A stretch of 64,000 bases of DNA from Rhynchobatus australiae (taxonomy: Eukaryota). The stretch spans positions 77,708,557-77,772,556 of the forward strand of contig JAUZTB010000118.1 in assembly GCA_034780895.1 (NCBI GenBank), in the 5' to 3' direction. Below, piece after piece: positions 1 to 14,000 of the stretch. A program made the translations under genes and the position numbers. Position 1 is the first letter of the stretch. Every line of letters begins with the position of its first letter. Under the pieces are notes generated by a model that was given only the letters and a program-made list of their open reading frames with translations, had not been told where the DNA came from and searched no databases.

Positions 1-3000
1 CCAATCGACGGGGTGAACCTCATATCCAAATCTTATTGCACCGCAGGACTGACTGACTCAAAATAAAAATTGCTAAAATGTGTTGTTTCTTTCACAGGAG
101 CCTTGTCCGTTTCCCCCCACCCCCACCCCTCCCAAGTCTAATGTTAGCCTCAGCTGTTAAATAGTGGTAGTGGGTCACTTTATAACTACTGTAAAATGGC
201 TTAATATGAAAGAAAAACATCCCATAGGAACACATCTCTGGGATTCAATGGGAAAAGGGGGTTTGCTTTACAGAAAATTGCAATATGGAGGGATTTTTAG
301 GAATGCAACAGCTCTATAATGAGGGGTTGCCTGTAAACTGGAGATTTTCACTTTGCTCAAATTAACAAGGTTATTATTTATAACTGGCCAAGGCTGCTGA
401 GCTGCCTCAAGGAAGGGACTTGCATTTCTCTAGCACATTTCACAAGCACAGGAAGTCTTAGCAGCCAGTAGAGTGTTAATGACATACTGTGTGATCCAAA
501 AGCCTGGAACTAACTACCTGATTTTACTGATTGGGAGCACTTCACCACTACATGTGGTGAAGGCAGCAGTGGCAGCCATGCCCAAATCCTATGTATAAGG
601 TAAAATTAGNNNNNNNNNNNNNNNNNNNNNNNNNNNNNNNNNNNNNNNNNNNNNNNNNNNNNNNNNNNNNNNNNNNNNNNNNNNNNNNNNNNNNNNNNNN
701 NNNNNNNNNTATGTATAAGGTAAAATTAGTGTAGTTACTTGTGTAACATCGGAAAATGCAGCAGTTACTTTGTTGAACATTGTGTCCTACAAACAGCAGT
801 GTCATAAGGATCATACTCTGTTTTACTGTTATTTGGCCAAGTCATAAATATCGATCAGGACACCTGAATGAGTTCTATGCTCCATATTCAGTAATACCAT
901 GATATCTTTTACAGGGGGCAGATGAGATATCCCATTTAGTAAATGGTAGTGGGACTTTTGGTAATGCATTTCAATACTGAGTGTCTCATTTCCATTTCTG
1001 AACCCTAACTCCAATCCATTTCCATGGGGCAGATTAAGTTAAAATTGTCTCCATGGGTTGAAAGCTTCTCCTCACTGCTGGTTGCGAAGCATCTACTGTG
1101 ACTTTAAATCGACCTAATTCCAATTGTTAATGAAAATGAGGCATTAGCAAAAAATACTCCTAATTTGTTCTAAATATCAATTTCACTTTCAAAGGTTACA
1201 AAATGGTTGGCATGGGAAATGGAAAAGGTCACATTGGTGTAATAAGGTCTGCTCTACTGAGGTTTCATTTGAGGGGTCTGTTAAGGCAAAGCAAAAAATT
1301 ACTTTACTCAAAACATCTTACATAGCCAGAGAGGACCCTTGGGACTCATAGTATTCTCTGTGCTTGTGCCAATAATCTTTATCATGACAAGCACAAAATT
1401 CATTTAAAAGGAAATGCCGAAATAATATATTTTACACTATTTGTAACTGAAAAAAAATAACTATGTGGAGTATCAATGACTTGTGTTCTTAATTAACTGT
1501 TGTTAATTTAGAAAAAAAATAAAAATGAAACTAGGAATAGAACTAAGAGTTCGTCATTATCTAAAAGTGGATGGATGCTTTTCCATGTCTTAATTAGAAA
1601 GCACAGAAGATTGAGATGATTACCCACAAGCCATTGCTGTTTCCTCGTACTAATTGACTCAGTGTGTATGCCAGGTCATTCTTGCATTCCGTCAGGCAGT
1701 GTATGTAAAGGCATTGAGGCGAGCCACCTGCTTTTCTAAATGCATTAAAACATGGTGTCACTTATGAAATTATTGTTGTTTGACATTTAAAATGGTGCAT
1801 TAATCACAGTTAATTATGTGACATACTACAACATGTGCTAGAGGCCAGTTGCAGAACTAGCTACTGTGGGTGATTTAAAGGCAAAATTAAGTGCCTTGCG
1901 GTGGATATTTTACTGCTGCGTGCTGCTTATGCAGAGCAGTCATCTAAAATAGGATTGTCTGAGAAATAAATACCAGCAGCCTCTGCCTTGTAAGCTGAAT
2001 GGCATCCTGAAAAAGACTTGCTGTTATTATAGAATTTACAGAAATAAATTTGCCCTTTTTATTGTACAAGGAATTAGAATTTTTTAAAAAAATCATTGGA
2101 AGGGCATCAGATTTCTATTTTAATTTTCAGCAATTTCAATATCAGGTAAATGGCAAGATTATGCATTTCCTTGAAGGAACTGAATAAAATCAACCCCGAC
2201 AATAAAAATAGATTCCTTTGCACCCACCCACCTCAAAAAAAGCTTTTGTGCAGCTGAGCTTAAACTACAATTGTGAGCCTCATTAGAAAATCTTTAAGGC
2301 TCATGGGTCTGTTTAGTCTTCATTCACATCTTGCTAAGCCACACTGGGCACAGTTAAGTGATTTTTTTTGAGAGGGAGCGCGAAGAATGGCAGACGTACT
2401 GATTAGTTTTGCAAATAAAGGGCAGGCAGATGGTAGAAGAGACAAAATATTACTGCTGCATGTCTGTGTGTATACAACACAGGGCTTGCATCTGATGCAC
2501 TTTAGGAAGCTGCTGCTTGTTTGAATTTTACACGTGTTGTCTCCATCCAATTCCAGAAGTGCAGCCTTACAGGTACAGTTTGATTGTCAGGACAAACATT
2601 TCACTTTTTGTTACTAGAAAGTATTAACATGTCAGTAACGGCTGCCATTAGCACTGCCTTTGCAAAAGTATGAAGGGTTCTGATTTAAATTGCTTGTACA
2701 TTGACTAAAAGCCAGTTCTTTACCATTATGTTGAAAAAATAGACGCATGAATGGCACAAATTAATCAAATTCAAGGCAAGAATAGAAGGCTCTCGGCAAC
2801 TAAATGCATGTGAAAGCCGTTCTTAAAATGTGGGTGAAGACCCATCAAATCAACATAAAAAATGGTTGGCTTATTAAGTCTGTGGGATTGTGAGGCTTGA
2901 CCAAGCCTGTATGCCACCATTGAAGGGGGAACAAGGCAGTAGGCTGCACAGGGGACATTTCCCCCCACCCCGATTGATGCTGCTGGGGCTGTGAAAGAAC

Positions 3001-3689
3001 TCCTTGGTGAGTTGGGGTCAGAGGTTGAAATGCAGTGCCAGCTGACAAGTTCGCTTCATTACGATAGCAGCGCCCTATTCAGGATCGGAGAGAGAAAAAT
3101 AAATTTTCACTCAGAGATGCTGTAAGGCCACTGCTGTTATGTGTGACAAGGAGATCTTTCACTGAAAGTTGGAGGTCTCTATTTATAAAGTGTTTCAGTT
3201 TTCCCAGTTTCCTTGCTCAATATTAACATAAGTAAGAACTACAAAGTAATGACTTGTTTATGCTAATCATTTAAACATCTTCCATTAAGTATATTTCATG
3301 TTTCCGTTTAAATATTTTTGGGATTCTATAGTACAAGCATTCAGCGGTATAATATAAATAGAAGGAAATTATGAAGAGTGTAAAGAACAAAGCTCTTCAA
3401 TTAAAATAGTTATTTGCAAGTAGAAAAATCATGTATGATTATTTGTAATTTTTAATAACTGAGGAAGGTAATCTGTGAATTTTTTCCTCTGTGGTACTTT
3501 TACTATAACCTTCTATTGTTCACTGTTGTACATACAGTAGTAATCTGTCAGGGATATGGCTTCATGGGATTTAAAATGTATCTGATACATGCTCTGGAAT
3601 TATATTATCTGTCACATCTTCACACAATGATGGGCTGACAACAGTGATGGTAGGGATACGATTCAAAGCCTTCACAAAAAAAGTAAAAT

Positions 3690-4080
3690 AATATGTCTGA
3701 GATATGTAATTTCAGAAGGTCATGCTTCCTTGTAGGCCCTCATTCTATCTCAGAAATACCACAAAGTCTACAAGGATTTAGTAACTGTTGGTTTGTAGCA
3801 GGTGCAGTGACCATTTTCCACATAACTAGATCTCACAAACTCCAACAAGTTGGCTGCCTGTTAAACTGTTATGATATAAAAACATAAAATGCTAGAAATA
3901 CAGCATGTCAGGCAGCATCTGTACAGTTAATGTTCAGGTTGACGACCCTTCAGTGGGACTGCCTTGATAGTTTGTTTGGCAGAGGAATGTCAAGCAAAAA
4001 ATAATGCAGTTTGTCTTCAAATAGCACTGGGCGGTCTTTGAAACTCACTTGAATGAATCTTAACTCTCAGGTCCAGCAGA
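3690..4080 (-). mobile_element. Highly decayed DeuSINE (SacSINE1-like) remnant, interrupted by a PLE terminal-repeat fragment
   Basis: The reverse complement resembles the Deu domain and tail of the clearer copies at 37330 and 59835 (e.g. agatctcacaaac, tcttcaaatagcactggg). Confidence 0.35.
3880..3961 (-). mobile_element. PLE terminal-repeat fragment with decayed hammerhead region
   Basis: aaaatgctagaaatacagcatgtcaggcagcatctg...gacccttcagtgggact aligns by eye with the copies at 40160 and 40478. Confidence 0.6.
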
Positions 4081-4214
4081 AAGTTGGTCAATTATTCTAA
4101 CACTGCCCCACATTTGAAGAATGTGGACCATGTTGGTAAGATTATTGTTTATAATTCATCTTTAATTACTCCCGAAATGAGTGACTTTCTGGCTACTTCA
4201 AAGTATGTAGATTT

Positions 4215-4396
4215 TTAACAATAATCCAGTTGTCTTTTATGGTCACTATAGCTGGTACTAACTTTATTCTAGATTTCCAAAGTAGTTACATTTAAATTCC
4301 CAGGTGCATTGTTGGGATTTGAACTCCTGCCTATGGTGGAATAGTTTAAGTCACTAGGTTGTTAATTCATTAACTTAACCACCATGCTACTGTACC
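4215..4396 (-). mobile_element. 5' part of a tRNA-headed SINE (family of 10655 and 33365)
   Basis: The reverse complement carries the head (gtagcatggtggtta...gttcaaatccca) and ggaatttaaat, shared with 10655-11030. Confidence 0.55.
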
Positions 4397-4470
4397 TGAA
4401 TTAGCTGAACTCTGTAGCTGTCAGAATTTTTATTCCCTCCAATCATTAAGCAGGTCCAAATGTTCCAAAT

Positions 4471-4550
4471 TTCAAGTTCAAGTTTATTGTCATAGGCATA
4501 CATACATAGGGTATAAATGCCATGTAAGTCAGCTTTTTGCAGCAGCAGCT
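4471..4550 (-). mobile_element. LINE 3' terminus (Rex1/Babar-like tail)
   Basis: ttcaagttcaagtttattgtca reads tgacaataaac(ttgaac)n on the minus strand, i.e. a polyA signal plus short-repeat tail as at ~55015. Confidence 0.45.
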
Positions 4551-4584
4551 TCAGTGGTCCTTAAAAATTGGTTAGCTGACCATT

Positions 4585-4588
<4 letters not shown>

Positions 4589-4627
<39 letters not shown>

Positions 4628-4634
4628 TGTGTGT
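4589..4634. repeat. (TG)n microsatellite
   Basis: Direct reading; one phase slip at ~4620. Confidence 0.98.
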
Positions 4635-7589
4635 TTCTTTCCTGCTGTTGGAAGTGCTCGGATGAAAATCTACCCCATTACTTTTTGTGTCCTGACTTTG
4701 TTGTGGTTAAGGCTTTGCCAGCCCTTCTTGTGAATGAAATGTTGAGTATCTTTCATTTGACATCTTTAAGGGCTCCTGTTTCATATTCAGGCAGACCTGC
4801 CTAAATTATGATGTCCATTTCGCTTCTTGAGATTTACTTTTCCTAGTCTAAGAACCTCTGGTGAACCAGTGATCAAGAGATAGTCAAGTAGACACTGAAA
4901 TATATTTTATTTCTGCCAAAGGCTGACCCAAGTTTGATTTATTTCAGGAGCTCATGATGGCAAAATCTTACCTGCCCCCTCACGCATGAAATTACTTTTT
5001 GGTTCGCACAGAGCTTTTGTTATCTACCTAAACCAAACTATAGGCACTATTTAACTATGAAGCTTAAGAGTAGGTAGTAAAACATAAATTTTTCTATTAT
5101 TCACTGACAGGCCAGTAGTCATGAGGGAACATTCTGCCCATGTGCTGACTGCTCTGTGGCCCACCAAGGCAGGTGTTTTACTTGAGGCAGCTACCTGGAA
5201 TGACTTGCATGCTTTCACTAATCTTGGTCTGACAGCTGAATCTGACAAACTTTTAAGCACAAGTGTTTGAAGCTGAGCAGAACATTTAGGTCTTCTGATA
5301 TTTTTACATTGCTGCATGCATAGTGGGAGAGCAGTTTTCAAGAGGAGAACATTGATTGATGCCTGCCCCATTTTTCTTCTGCAGTGTGCAAAGGGAGTGC
5401 TGGCACGAAGGAGGCTTGTATTGCCTCTAATGACAGTTCTTAGAACCAACAACCCAAGGATCCACCTATTATATCATCAGGTGATCCCAATGAAGGGAAT
5501 ATCACAATGTTGAGGCATATCAGCATGGATCAATTTCTGTTTACTTTTTAAGTTTATTGTGATTGCTGTGCCTTGGAGCAAAGGTCTGATGTGAACCAGT
5601 GAATAAATAGAGGATAGTCAAATGGATAGTTGGTAATATTTTACATTGTTACTGTTCTGCGTTCAGGCAAACTTGAGTCAAATAGAAACACCAGAAACTT
5701 AGAGAAGAGGGGAGATGGAAGGAAGGAGATGCAAGGAAAGCGATTTGTGCTTGATAACAGAATTACAGATTTACTAATGAAGGAAGTAGGTGAGAGCAAT
5801 ATATTGGCAGTAAAATGCAGTTCATGACAGACCAGTGAAATGGCACATAAAGAATAAGACAGTGGGGAAAAAAGACACAAAACATTTTTAGGAAAAGTGA
5901 TCATTATTTTTCTATGAACACTGGAGTGGGATATCAGCTAATTATTATACACTGCGTCCTTGACTTGTGACATGATTCTGTCGTAAATCAATGTACCTTC
6001 TGACCAGGAATTAAAATGGGTGCATTCATTTCTGATCATGATGCCTCAATTTCAGCTTTTATCTTCATTGGCCATGCAAAGTGATCCTCTAAGGTTAGCA
6101 GAAAGATGTTGAATTGTACTCTAGTCTTTTGGGTTGCTCTTTCAGTTTTGGTTTCTCTTTTTGCCTATCAGAAGCTTTTGTCAAAGTTGATAGAGCTGGA
6201 GGATTCAGTGCTTAGGAGAGCAGTTTAAGAGCACATTAGAAATGAAGAGTTGACTTCTTCTGAAGGCTGCTACGTCACATGAATATTCCCCTTTCATGTT
6301 CTGATTTCTTGTTTGGTTTCAGCAATGATCTTCTAACTGTATACTTCAAAAAGTAAAAACAGTTGGAGGACAAGGAATCTGCAAAAGCTTCAGCTGTTCA
6401 TGTTGGTCCAAACCTCAGAATTACTGTTTCGGTGACAGATTCAGCAATGAACTCCTAACATAACTGGCCATGTATCAAATCACCCATGAAATGAGAATTT
6501 TGAAATGCAGCGCAATGTATGCTTTAATTTGTCCATTGGGTATTAGTATGNNNNNNNNNNNNNNNNNNNNNNNNNNNNNNNNNNNNNNNNNNNNNNNNNN
6601 NNNNNNNNNNNNNNNNNNNNNNNNNNNNNNNNNNNNNNNNNNNNNNNNNNATGTATGCTTTCATTTGTCCATTGGGTATTAGTATGATTTTCCTAATTTT
6701 TCTGAAATATTTCACTCTGTTCTGTGTTGGTTCCTCATTTGGGAAGAGGTTGGAATCAACCCCTTTTTAACTACTTGAAATTTATGCTTAATAGTATTGT
6801 TATTCATGTAGATAATATGCTGTTCCTAAGGTACAGGAGCAGTAGATTATGGAATGGTGAATCCACAGTTGCACTAATATATTCTAGCCACTGTTAGAAG
6901 TAAAGTGAATGCTGCTTAGACATTAATGAGTATGACCAATTATTTCCAATATCCTAAAGGGGGGCATGGTTGAAGGTTATAAAGGGATGAGCAAATGTAG
7001 GTGGAGTTAAACTTTTCAGATACTGCACCAAATCCACACAGAGTGGGTGTATAATGCTAATTATTTTACTCTGTGAGCAGTATTGTAAAATAAATTTTCA
7101 TAAAATATATAAAAACACATCATTCTGTGCAATGATATTATGCTTTTCTAGAGTGTGCATTGAAGCAGCAGCTCCTTAACTTTTGCCCTTGTAGTTTATT
7201 TACCAACATTCCTAAATGTGTAATTGCCATGTAATACTGACCCCATTCAAAAATAATTCTGGAACTAAGTCTCTTGTCATAATTGCCCATTACTTTTTCC
7301 TTTGAGGTCAAACCTGGACACCCATTCTCTGCTCGCAAATAATGATATGATGAAATTACTCTCATTCTTTTGTTAAACTGTTAGAATAATCTTGTGTCCT
7401 GCCCTTTCCTTTTGAAAACTGTAAATGAACAGCATAATAGATTCTTCCATGTCATTCCTTCCATATTTCTATTCTGTATAGCATCTGTTAGATGGCAATC
7501 TTACCAAAGGAGACATCAATATTGTGCTTAATTCTGCTCTCATCATCTTCCATGGAGCTGCATATATTATCAGAGATCCCATAATATAG

Positions 7590-7735
7590 AGCAGGATTGG
7601 GATATTCCAGTCCCAGGATGCTGAGCCAAATTGAACTGCCCCATTGCTTCTCTAATTGAGATTAACTAGCTCCTCCTGGACAGGGAATTGAATTTGTTAT
7701 CACGATAGGTGTTTCTTTAGTGCAGTGAGCCATTT
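7590..7735 (-). mobile_element. Ancient SINE-like fragment (related to 62825-62930)
   Basis: The reverse complement shows a B-box-like ttcaattccc followed by gagctagttaatctc...aatttggctcagcatcctggg. Similarity judged by eye only. Confidence 0.3.
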
Positions 7736-8389
7736 GGGTTTCTTATGAGTTGTGCAATATATGGCAACGAGCCTGGTAGAAAATGCTTCTATTTTCACTA
7801 TTTTCCTGAGAAAGCATAATAGATCTTAAATGCCCCCTTTAGTGAGTTTTGCCTGTATCGCTGGCACCGATTTAATGACTGCTGGTGAAATACTAACTGC
7901 TTCGGGTTGCACATGTTAAACAAATGGCCAGTTCAGGTTACCCTCACCACCTCTTGGATTTATTACCTGATACTTGAGTATGAGCCAGATGGAGCTCAGA
8001 GCAATCAGTGGAATTCCTTGCATTCTACCATTGAAGAACTGGTTGAGATTAATTAAACTGCTGATAATCTACACTGTGAAATAGTTATTATTTTGTTATA
8101 TATTCTTTCTACTTCATACTTACTTCTATTGAGTTATGAAATTATGATGCATTCCCATAAAAAGTTAATGTCGTTCAATGGATAAAATTTGAAAAAGCTT
8201 TTGGGACAGAGAAGTCCAGTATTTTTCATGGCTTTAAGATTGAGTCAGTTTGGAGTGAACTGATTTATGACAATGCAGAGTAGCAAGTGAAGATTCCTAT
8301 GGATGAGAGGGAAGAAAATTCGGATGACTAGTTAGACTGAGAAGGTCATGGGCACTTCCGATGGCAGACTACAGATTAAGTATAAAAAA

Positions 8390-8535
8390 ACCCAGAAAAT
8401 GCTAAAATAATTCCGGATGGGGGACCTTCCATCTTGTTTGGATGAAAGATCATTGATCGAAATGTTAACTCAGTTCCTCCATCTACATTTGGTTCCTGAT
8501 CTGCCACATAATATCAGCAGTTTTTGTTTACCTCT
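8390..8535. mobile_element. Decayed fold-back PLE terminal repeat with hammerhead remnant on + strand
   Basis: Starts cagaaaatgct and ends cagcagtttttg (inverted ends). Internal ggatgaaagatcattgatcgaaatgttaact matches the family's hammerhead region. Confidence 0.5.
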
Positions 8536-9918
8536 TCAGGATTATTTTACTCCTTGATATTTACATTGACTGTGACCCAGTGTTCCAAGGAGAATAGGAA
8601 GAATAATGGTACTAATAGAACCTTTCTTCCAAAGTACACAGCTCTGCTATTTATTTGTGGCCCTTTACTCTCAGTTGCTTTAGTGTAGGAAAGAATAGCT
8701 TGTGACCTAGGAGAAGCAAGAAATAGAAGATTGATCACAGAGCTCAAGTAAACATGATGGAGGAGCTAACCCGCTTGATGCTTTACTCTGTTCTAGCTCA
8801 GATCAGACTGTTGTTTCTCCAAATGGTATTAAACCACTTGTAACAATTTTTAATTTTTAAAATCACCTCTTAAATCATAATTCCTTTACATCATGTGTTC
8901 CCTTTTTAGTTAGGAATTGCTTGTAGCATTGAGGATGTGGATTTTTCCTCTACTATAAATGGTCCTTCACCCTTAGACATTTGATGAACTTCATCACTGG
9001 ATCTGTTTCTAAGAGGAATTGAAAATAGATCATTGAGTCCTTGTAACCCTCATCAATCCCTCTCAAGTGTACACAGGTTCAATTCAGACCTCTTTCAGAT
9101 ATATTTAGCATTGGAACTAAAGGGAGCAGATGGAGCATCTGAATCCACATTTGATTACCAGTTCCTTTTTCATTGCTCTAATTAAGCTGTGATCAAAGTT
9201 ATGCGTGAAATATGCAGTTTCAATCTTATTTTCCAAGAAATGGCTTTTATTTTTGGTTTCCTTTGTTTTTCACGACTTCTGCTTTTCCTATTACTGATTT
9301 TGGCATGAATGGAATGCTTCATCCAGTCCACAGATTTTTTTATGAGTTTAAGTAAAGAAACCTAGAAATGCTATCATCTAGTACTGATTTTTTCTGTGCC
9401 ATGTGAAGGAATCTTTTCAAAAAAACTCAATTGCTGAACAAGCAATGCTTAGCTTGATGCCACTTGTGTGAAATTGTATTGTACAAATGGCTCAGACCTT
9501 ATAGGCAGNNNNNNNNNNNNNNNNNNNNNNNNNNNNNNNNNNNNNNNNNNNNNNNNNNNNNNNNNNNNNNNNNNNNNNNNNNNNNNNNNNNNNNNNNNNN
9601 NNNNNNNNNNNNNNNNNNNNNNNNNNNNNNNNNNNNNNNNNNNNNNNNNNNNNNNNNNNNNNNNNNNNNNNNNNNNNNNNNNNNNNNNNNNNNNNNNNNN
9701 NNNNNNNNNNNNNNNNNNNNNNNNNNNNNNNNNNNNNNNNNNNNNNNNNNNNNNNNNNNNNNNNNNNNNNNNNNNNNNNNNNNNNNNNNNNNNNNNNNNN
9801 NNNNNNNNNNNNNNNNNNNNNNNNNNNNNNNNNNNNNNNNNNNNNNNNNNNNNNNNNNNNNNNNNNNNNNNNNNNNNNNNNNNNNNNNNNNNNNNNNNNN
9901 NNNNNNNNNNNNNNNNNC

Positions 9919-10080
9919 TATAAGTAACAAAAGTAAATAAATAATGCAAAAGAGGAATAACGAGGTAGTGTTCATGGGTTCATGGATTGTTCAGAAATCC
10001 GATGGCAGAGGGGAAGAAGCCGTTCCTGAAACGTTGAGTGTGGGCCTTCAGGCTCCTGTACCTCCTCCCTGATGATAGTA
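9919..10080 (-). mobile_element. Rex1/Babar-type LINE 3' end (RT C-terminus + 3' UTR), running into a gap
   Basis: The minus strand translates to LSSGRRYRSLKAHTQRFRNGFFPSAIGFLN, matching the typical LPSGRRYRS...RFRNSFFPxAIRLLN C-terminus. Confidence 0.85.
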
Positions 10081-10654
10081 ACCCTCCTCCTTGATTGGTC
10101 TTCTTTTTCTTCTTAAATTTACTTCCAAAAGTTTAACTTTCTTTTAAATATTCTAATATGGACTTTCATTTGCAGTTACCAAGTGAGTATCTCTCTCCTT
10201 CGGCCAGCCACCTGGAACAGTGCCCAAAAAATTAATTCTAAAACTAACTCATATCTTTAAACTTATACTGAACAGAAGTGTATTCCTTCCCAACAACTGT
10301 TTGCCAGACTAACATATTTTCAAATTTAAAAGCAGGTTTGGGGTTAGTGCAAGATCTCTCACTGCATGTGTCATCATTGATGAAAATTTGCCTTGAGCAG
10401 TAACTTAACACTGATGAGATTTCTGCTACTCCTGTTTCTTGAAATATTAGATTTCTTAGCCATTTTGCAAATATCTGTTGTATTAAAGTAAGGAAATCCT
10501 TTTCAACTCACTCATTGCATTAAGACCCATAGAATGCAGAGCTAATCCGGAAGAAAAGAAGTATTTAGTGCTCCTAATAAGGTTGTTTCAAATAATTCAA
10601 GCCACATTATAACTCCGTTTGTGGGTCAAAAAACCCATATTACTGACACAGTGT

Positions 10655-11030
10655 TCGGTAGCATGATGGTTAATATAGTGGACTAGCAGCCAGCGTTATG
10701 GACCGTTGATCCAGCGACATGAGGTCAAATCCCATCATGGCACTGAGGGAATTTAAATTCAAGTAATTAACTAAATCTGGAATTTGAAAAAAATCTTCCA
10801 GTTTCAGTATTGGTAATCCTAAAAGTTCTGGATTGTGGTAAATCTATCTGATATTAATGTCCTTCAGAGAAGATCTGCCATCCTTACCTGAATTGGTCGA
10901 TATGTAACTTCAGACCCAACAATGTGATTGACTCTTAACTGCCTCCTCAATTGGGAGCCATTAGAGATGAACGGTAAATGCTGGTGTTGGCGGTGATGTA
11001 CTGTATGTGTCTTGTGAATAAATAAATAGA
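10655..11030 (+). mobile_element. Near full-length tRNA-headed SINE
   Basis: A/B-box-like head (gtagcatgatggtta...ggtcaaatccc), body collinear with 33365-33745, LINE-derived tail ending gaataaataaa. Confidence 0.75.
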
Positions 11031-14000
11031 GGGTAGCAAATCAGTTTAGGTTCACCTAGCTTCTGATTCCTGCTGAGGGTTTTCTTTTGTAGACTGTGGA
11101 AAACAACTAGTAAGAAAACAAGTACAGGTATATGTAACAATAAGTCAATATAAAAAATATCAGATATTCTTATGTTATTAGATCCAAGTTTTATGCAAAA
11201 TTATCTTCAATCCGACTGCAGATAAGCCTAAAGAGAAGTGATTCAACTAGTTGTTCATCCCAAGGTTGAACAATTTCCTTCTGGATTCTGATCTATTCAG
11301 TAGACTAACTGAGCTGATGGGACCTACCTAACCCAGGCAACCAGCTCTGTGTAACAACAGTGAGATTCTTTTGGGAGATGAGCACTTGTGTGAAAGTGCT
11401 GTTGGATCATTTTCGAAGTGATCTGATAAATGAACAGCATGGCCTCGTCTGTAGTGTCTGATATGGGGGTGATGACATAGTGCTCCAAGCTGCAGAGTCA
11501 CTCTTTTCCTCCTGTGAGTACAACTGCCGTGCAGATTTGTATTGATGAGAGTAAAGTCCTTGGTGACTCTATAGCTGCACTTGATTTTCCCTGATAAATT
11601 CACAGGAGGGCCAAAGATTTCTCAGTGTCTGTGAACACATATGATATAAAGTTCAGGTACCTTATCAACCCAGTGTTTAGTTTGCCAATCATGGAGAATA
11701 CTGAGTAGGAGAAGACTTGCATGAAAGTAAAAGGATTAATCTGACCAGAAATACAAATTTAGAAAAAGAAGTGATGTGAATATNNNNNNNNNNNNNNNNN
11801 NNNNNNNNNNNNNNNNNNNNNNNNNNNNNNNNNNNNNNNNNNNNNNNNNNNNNNNNNNNNNNNNNNNNNNNNNNNNNNNNNNNATGAATATTATTCTTGG
11901 CTATTTTAAATCATATGCAAATATAATTTTACAGAGCCAGCCTTCTGTCTGATGGAAACTATTCATCAGTATGCAGGAGCACAATCCATTAAGTGTTTTT
12001 CTATATATATGCATCACTATGAGATATTATGTGAATACAATAATCAGACTAGATAACATATACATAGAATTCAACAAGATTACTTGCATCCTTAGTTAAT
12101 CCACTATTAATAGGGATTAAAGTAAATGAAGAAATAATGTCAGACATAGAACTTTTTGCAATCACACATTTGAAGGACTATGTTTTCATAACTACAAGCA
12201 TACAAAAGGTTATACCTATGAGCACAGACAGATAAACAGTTAGAGATATTGAGGTATACCGCCTGAAATGTTATTTTATGAAAAACTGCATTAACTGTTG
12301 CCGAGTGACCAGACAAAACTAGAAAAATACTGAGTTGAAGATATAACAAGGAAGTGCATTTTTCCGAAAATAAAATTGCTTTCTTAATCATGATTTTGTC
12401 AGAATCAACCTTTCAATGGGAAGTTGTGAGATTCAATAAGTCAATTGAGAAGAATATTGAATACTTCGGCAAGAGAATCAAATTTCAGTCCTGTTCTTAA
12501 TTAACTTCAGACCATTCAGCTTCCTTTAGCGGGTTTGACCTGGGTGAGTTGTTGGGGTGGATGTGAGAAGTTGAATGACATGTTTAAGGCTGGGGTGGGA
12601 TTGAAGTTAATTTCTTGCACTGCCTGAGGTCAAACAAGAAGCTGTGTTGATGATGTTAAATCAAGATTTCTTGCTACCCTAGCTGAAGGGCTGGCATGAA
12701 TTTTGAGGCTAACAGAGGAAGGGAAATGGTAAGGCTAGAAATGGTAGCATAAGTTTGTATTTTAACATTGATATTGACTTAAATCTTTTTAGTGGTATCA
12801 TTAGAAAGTGTCATTGTACCATTCTTTTTTTTAACCTTGAGATCATTGTTTTCTCATGTGAAAAATAAAATATGTGCTTCGAAACTTCAGTGCACCATAA
12901 AGATCTTGGAGGCAACTGAATGGGAGCTGCTCTTCCATCTTCAAGTGTGTATCTACCCATGCTCATTGGAAGGCTGGGTTCAGAATGGTGGGCAGCTGCA
13001 GGACCAATTTGACCTGAACTGTGGCTGGGGGCAGCATTGAAGCCTGGTTCACATGGTTCAGTACAGGCGAGTTCACAGATATCAGGGTATGAGCCGCAAT
13101 GTCCATACGTGGGGATGATGGGGAGATTGGGTGTGCAATTGGGGGATTATTTATCATATTTGCATGTTGATCAGAGTATCTGTCAGAATGCCGGATCATT
13201 GGGAAAGGGAGAGTGGAAGATGTGAAGATGAAGGTAAGTTGTTGATGTACCTTTCAGAAGCTCTGATCCAGCACTGCGCTGTGAATACCATATTGTCCTG
13301 GGAGTGCAGTGTGGTCTAAGTTCTCTGTAAGTTTTGGACAAGAATTGATGTCATCCTATGCACTGCTGACACAGAGATTGTGTTCACGAACAACTCAGTG
13401 TCCATCAGTGTCAGGTTGAATTTCCAGTGTGATGCAGAATACCTGGAATTGGTTGTTATAGTGTTTCATTGTAGTAAAGTTGATTTTCAATTGCATTAAA
13501 CAATGAATTTCCTGGCAATTTATTTTTGTTATTTTAAATGCTGTTAGAGAAGCTTTAAATTAAAAAGTTCTGCTTATAACCCAGCTTACTGTTGGCAAGA
13601 TGTTTAGTATACTCATTTGGAGGTCCTGAGACCTCTTTTGTTATCACTACCCTCCTACTCAGAAGTGAAATCTTGACAGGAATGATAAACGCCTCTTTAT
13701 TGTTAAAAGGTAAATCAATTGTATCTGGGGTGAGAAGCCTGACCTACAGAAGCAAGTCTGTAACCACAAATGTGCCCTAGATTCACTGGCTATTGAGGAG
13801 GATCTCAATAAAATAACTTCTCCATGCACTTTGCTGTGGGCCTTAAAATAATAAAACATATGTTTTTCTAAGCTGCGAACTTGTTGCACATTATTGAGTA
13901 TATTCCATTTACACAAGTGGAATCTCTTTTAAGTGCAATTGAAAGAAACAGATATGCTGCCATGTTGGCATGGTAGCAGTGGCCAGTTTCCATATACATA

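Noticed and set aside
75-100. Strong splice acceptor tgttgtttctttcacag at 97
   Set aside because: No matching donor or open frame downstream.
5051-5452. 133-aa minus-strand ORF
   Set aside because: No recognisable domain or splice structure; the length is compatible with chance.
13160-13240. Strong donor GAAG|GTAAGT at ~13233
   Set aside because: No good upstream acceptor, and the peptide is unrecognised.
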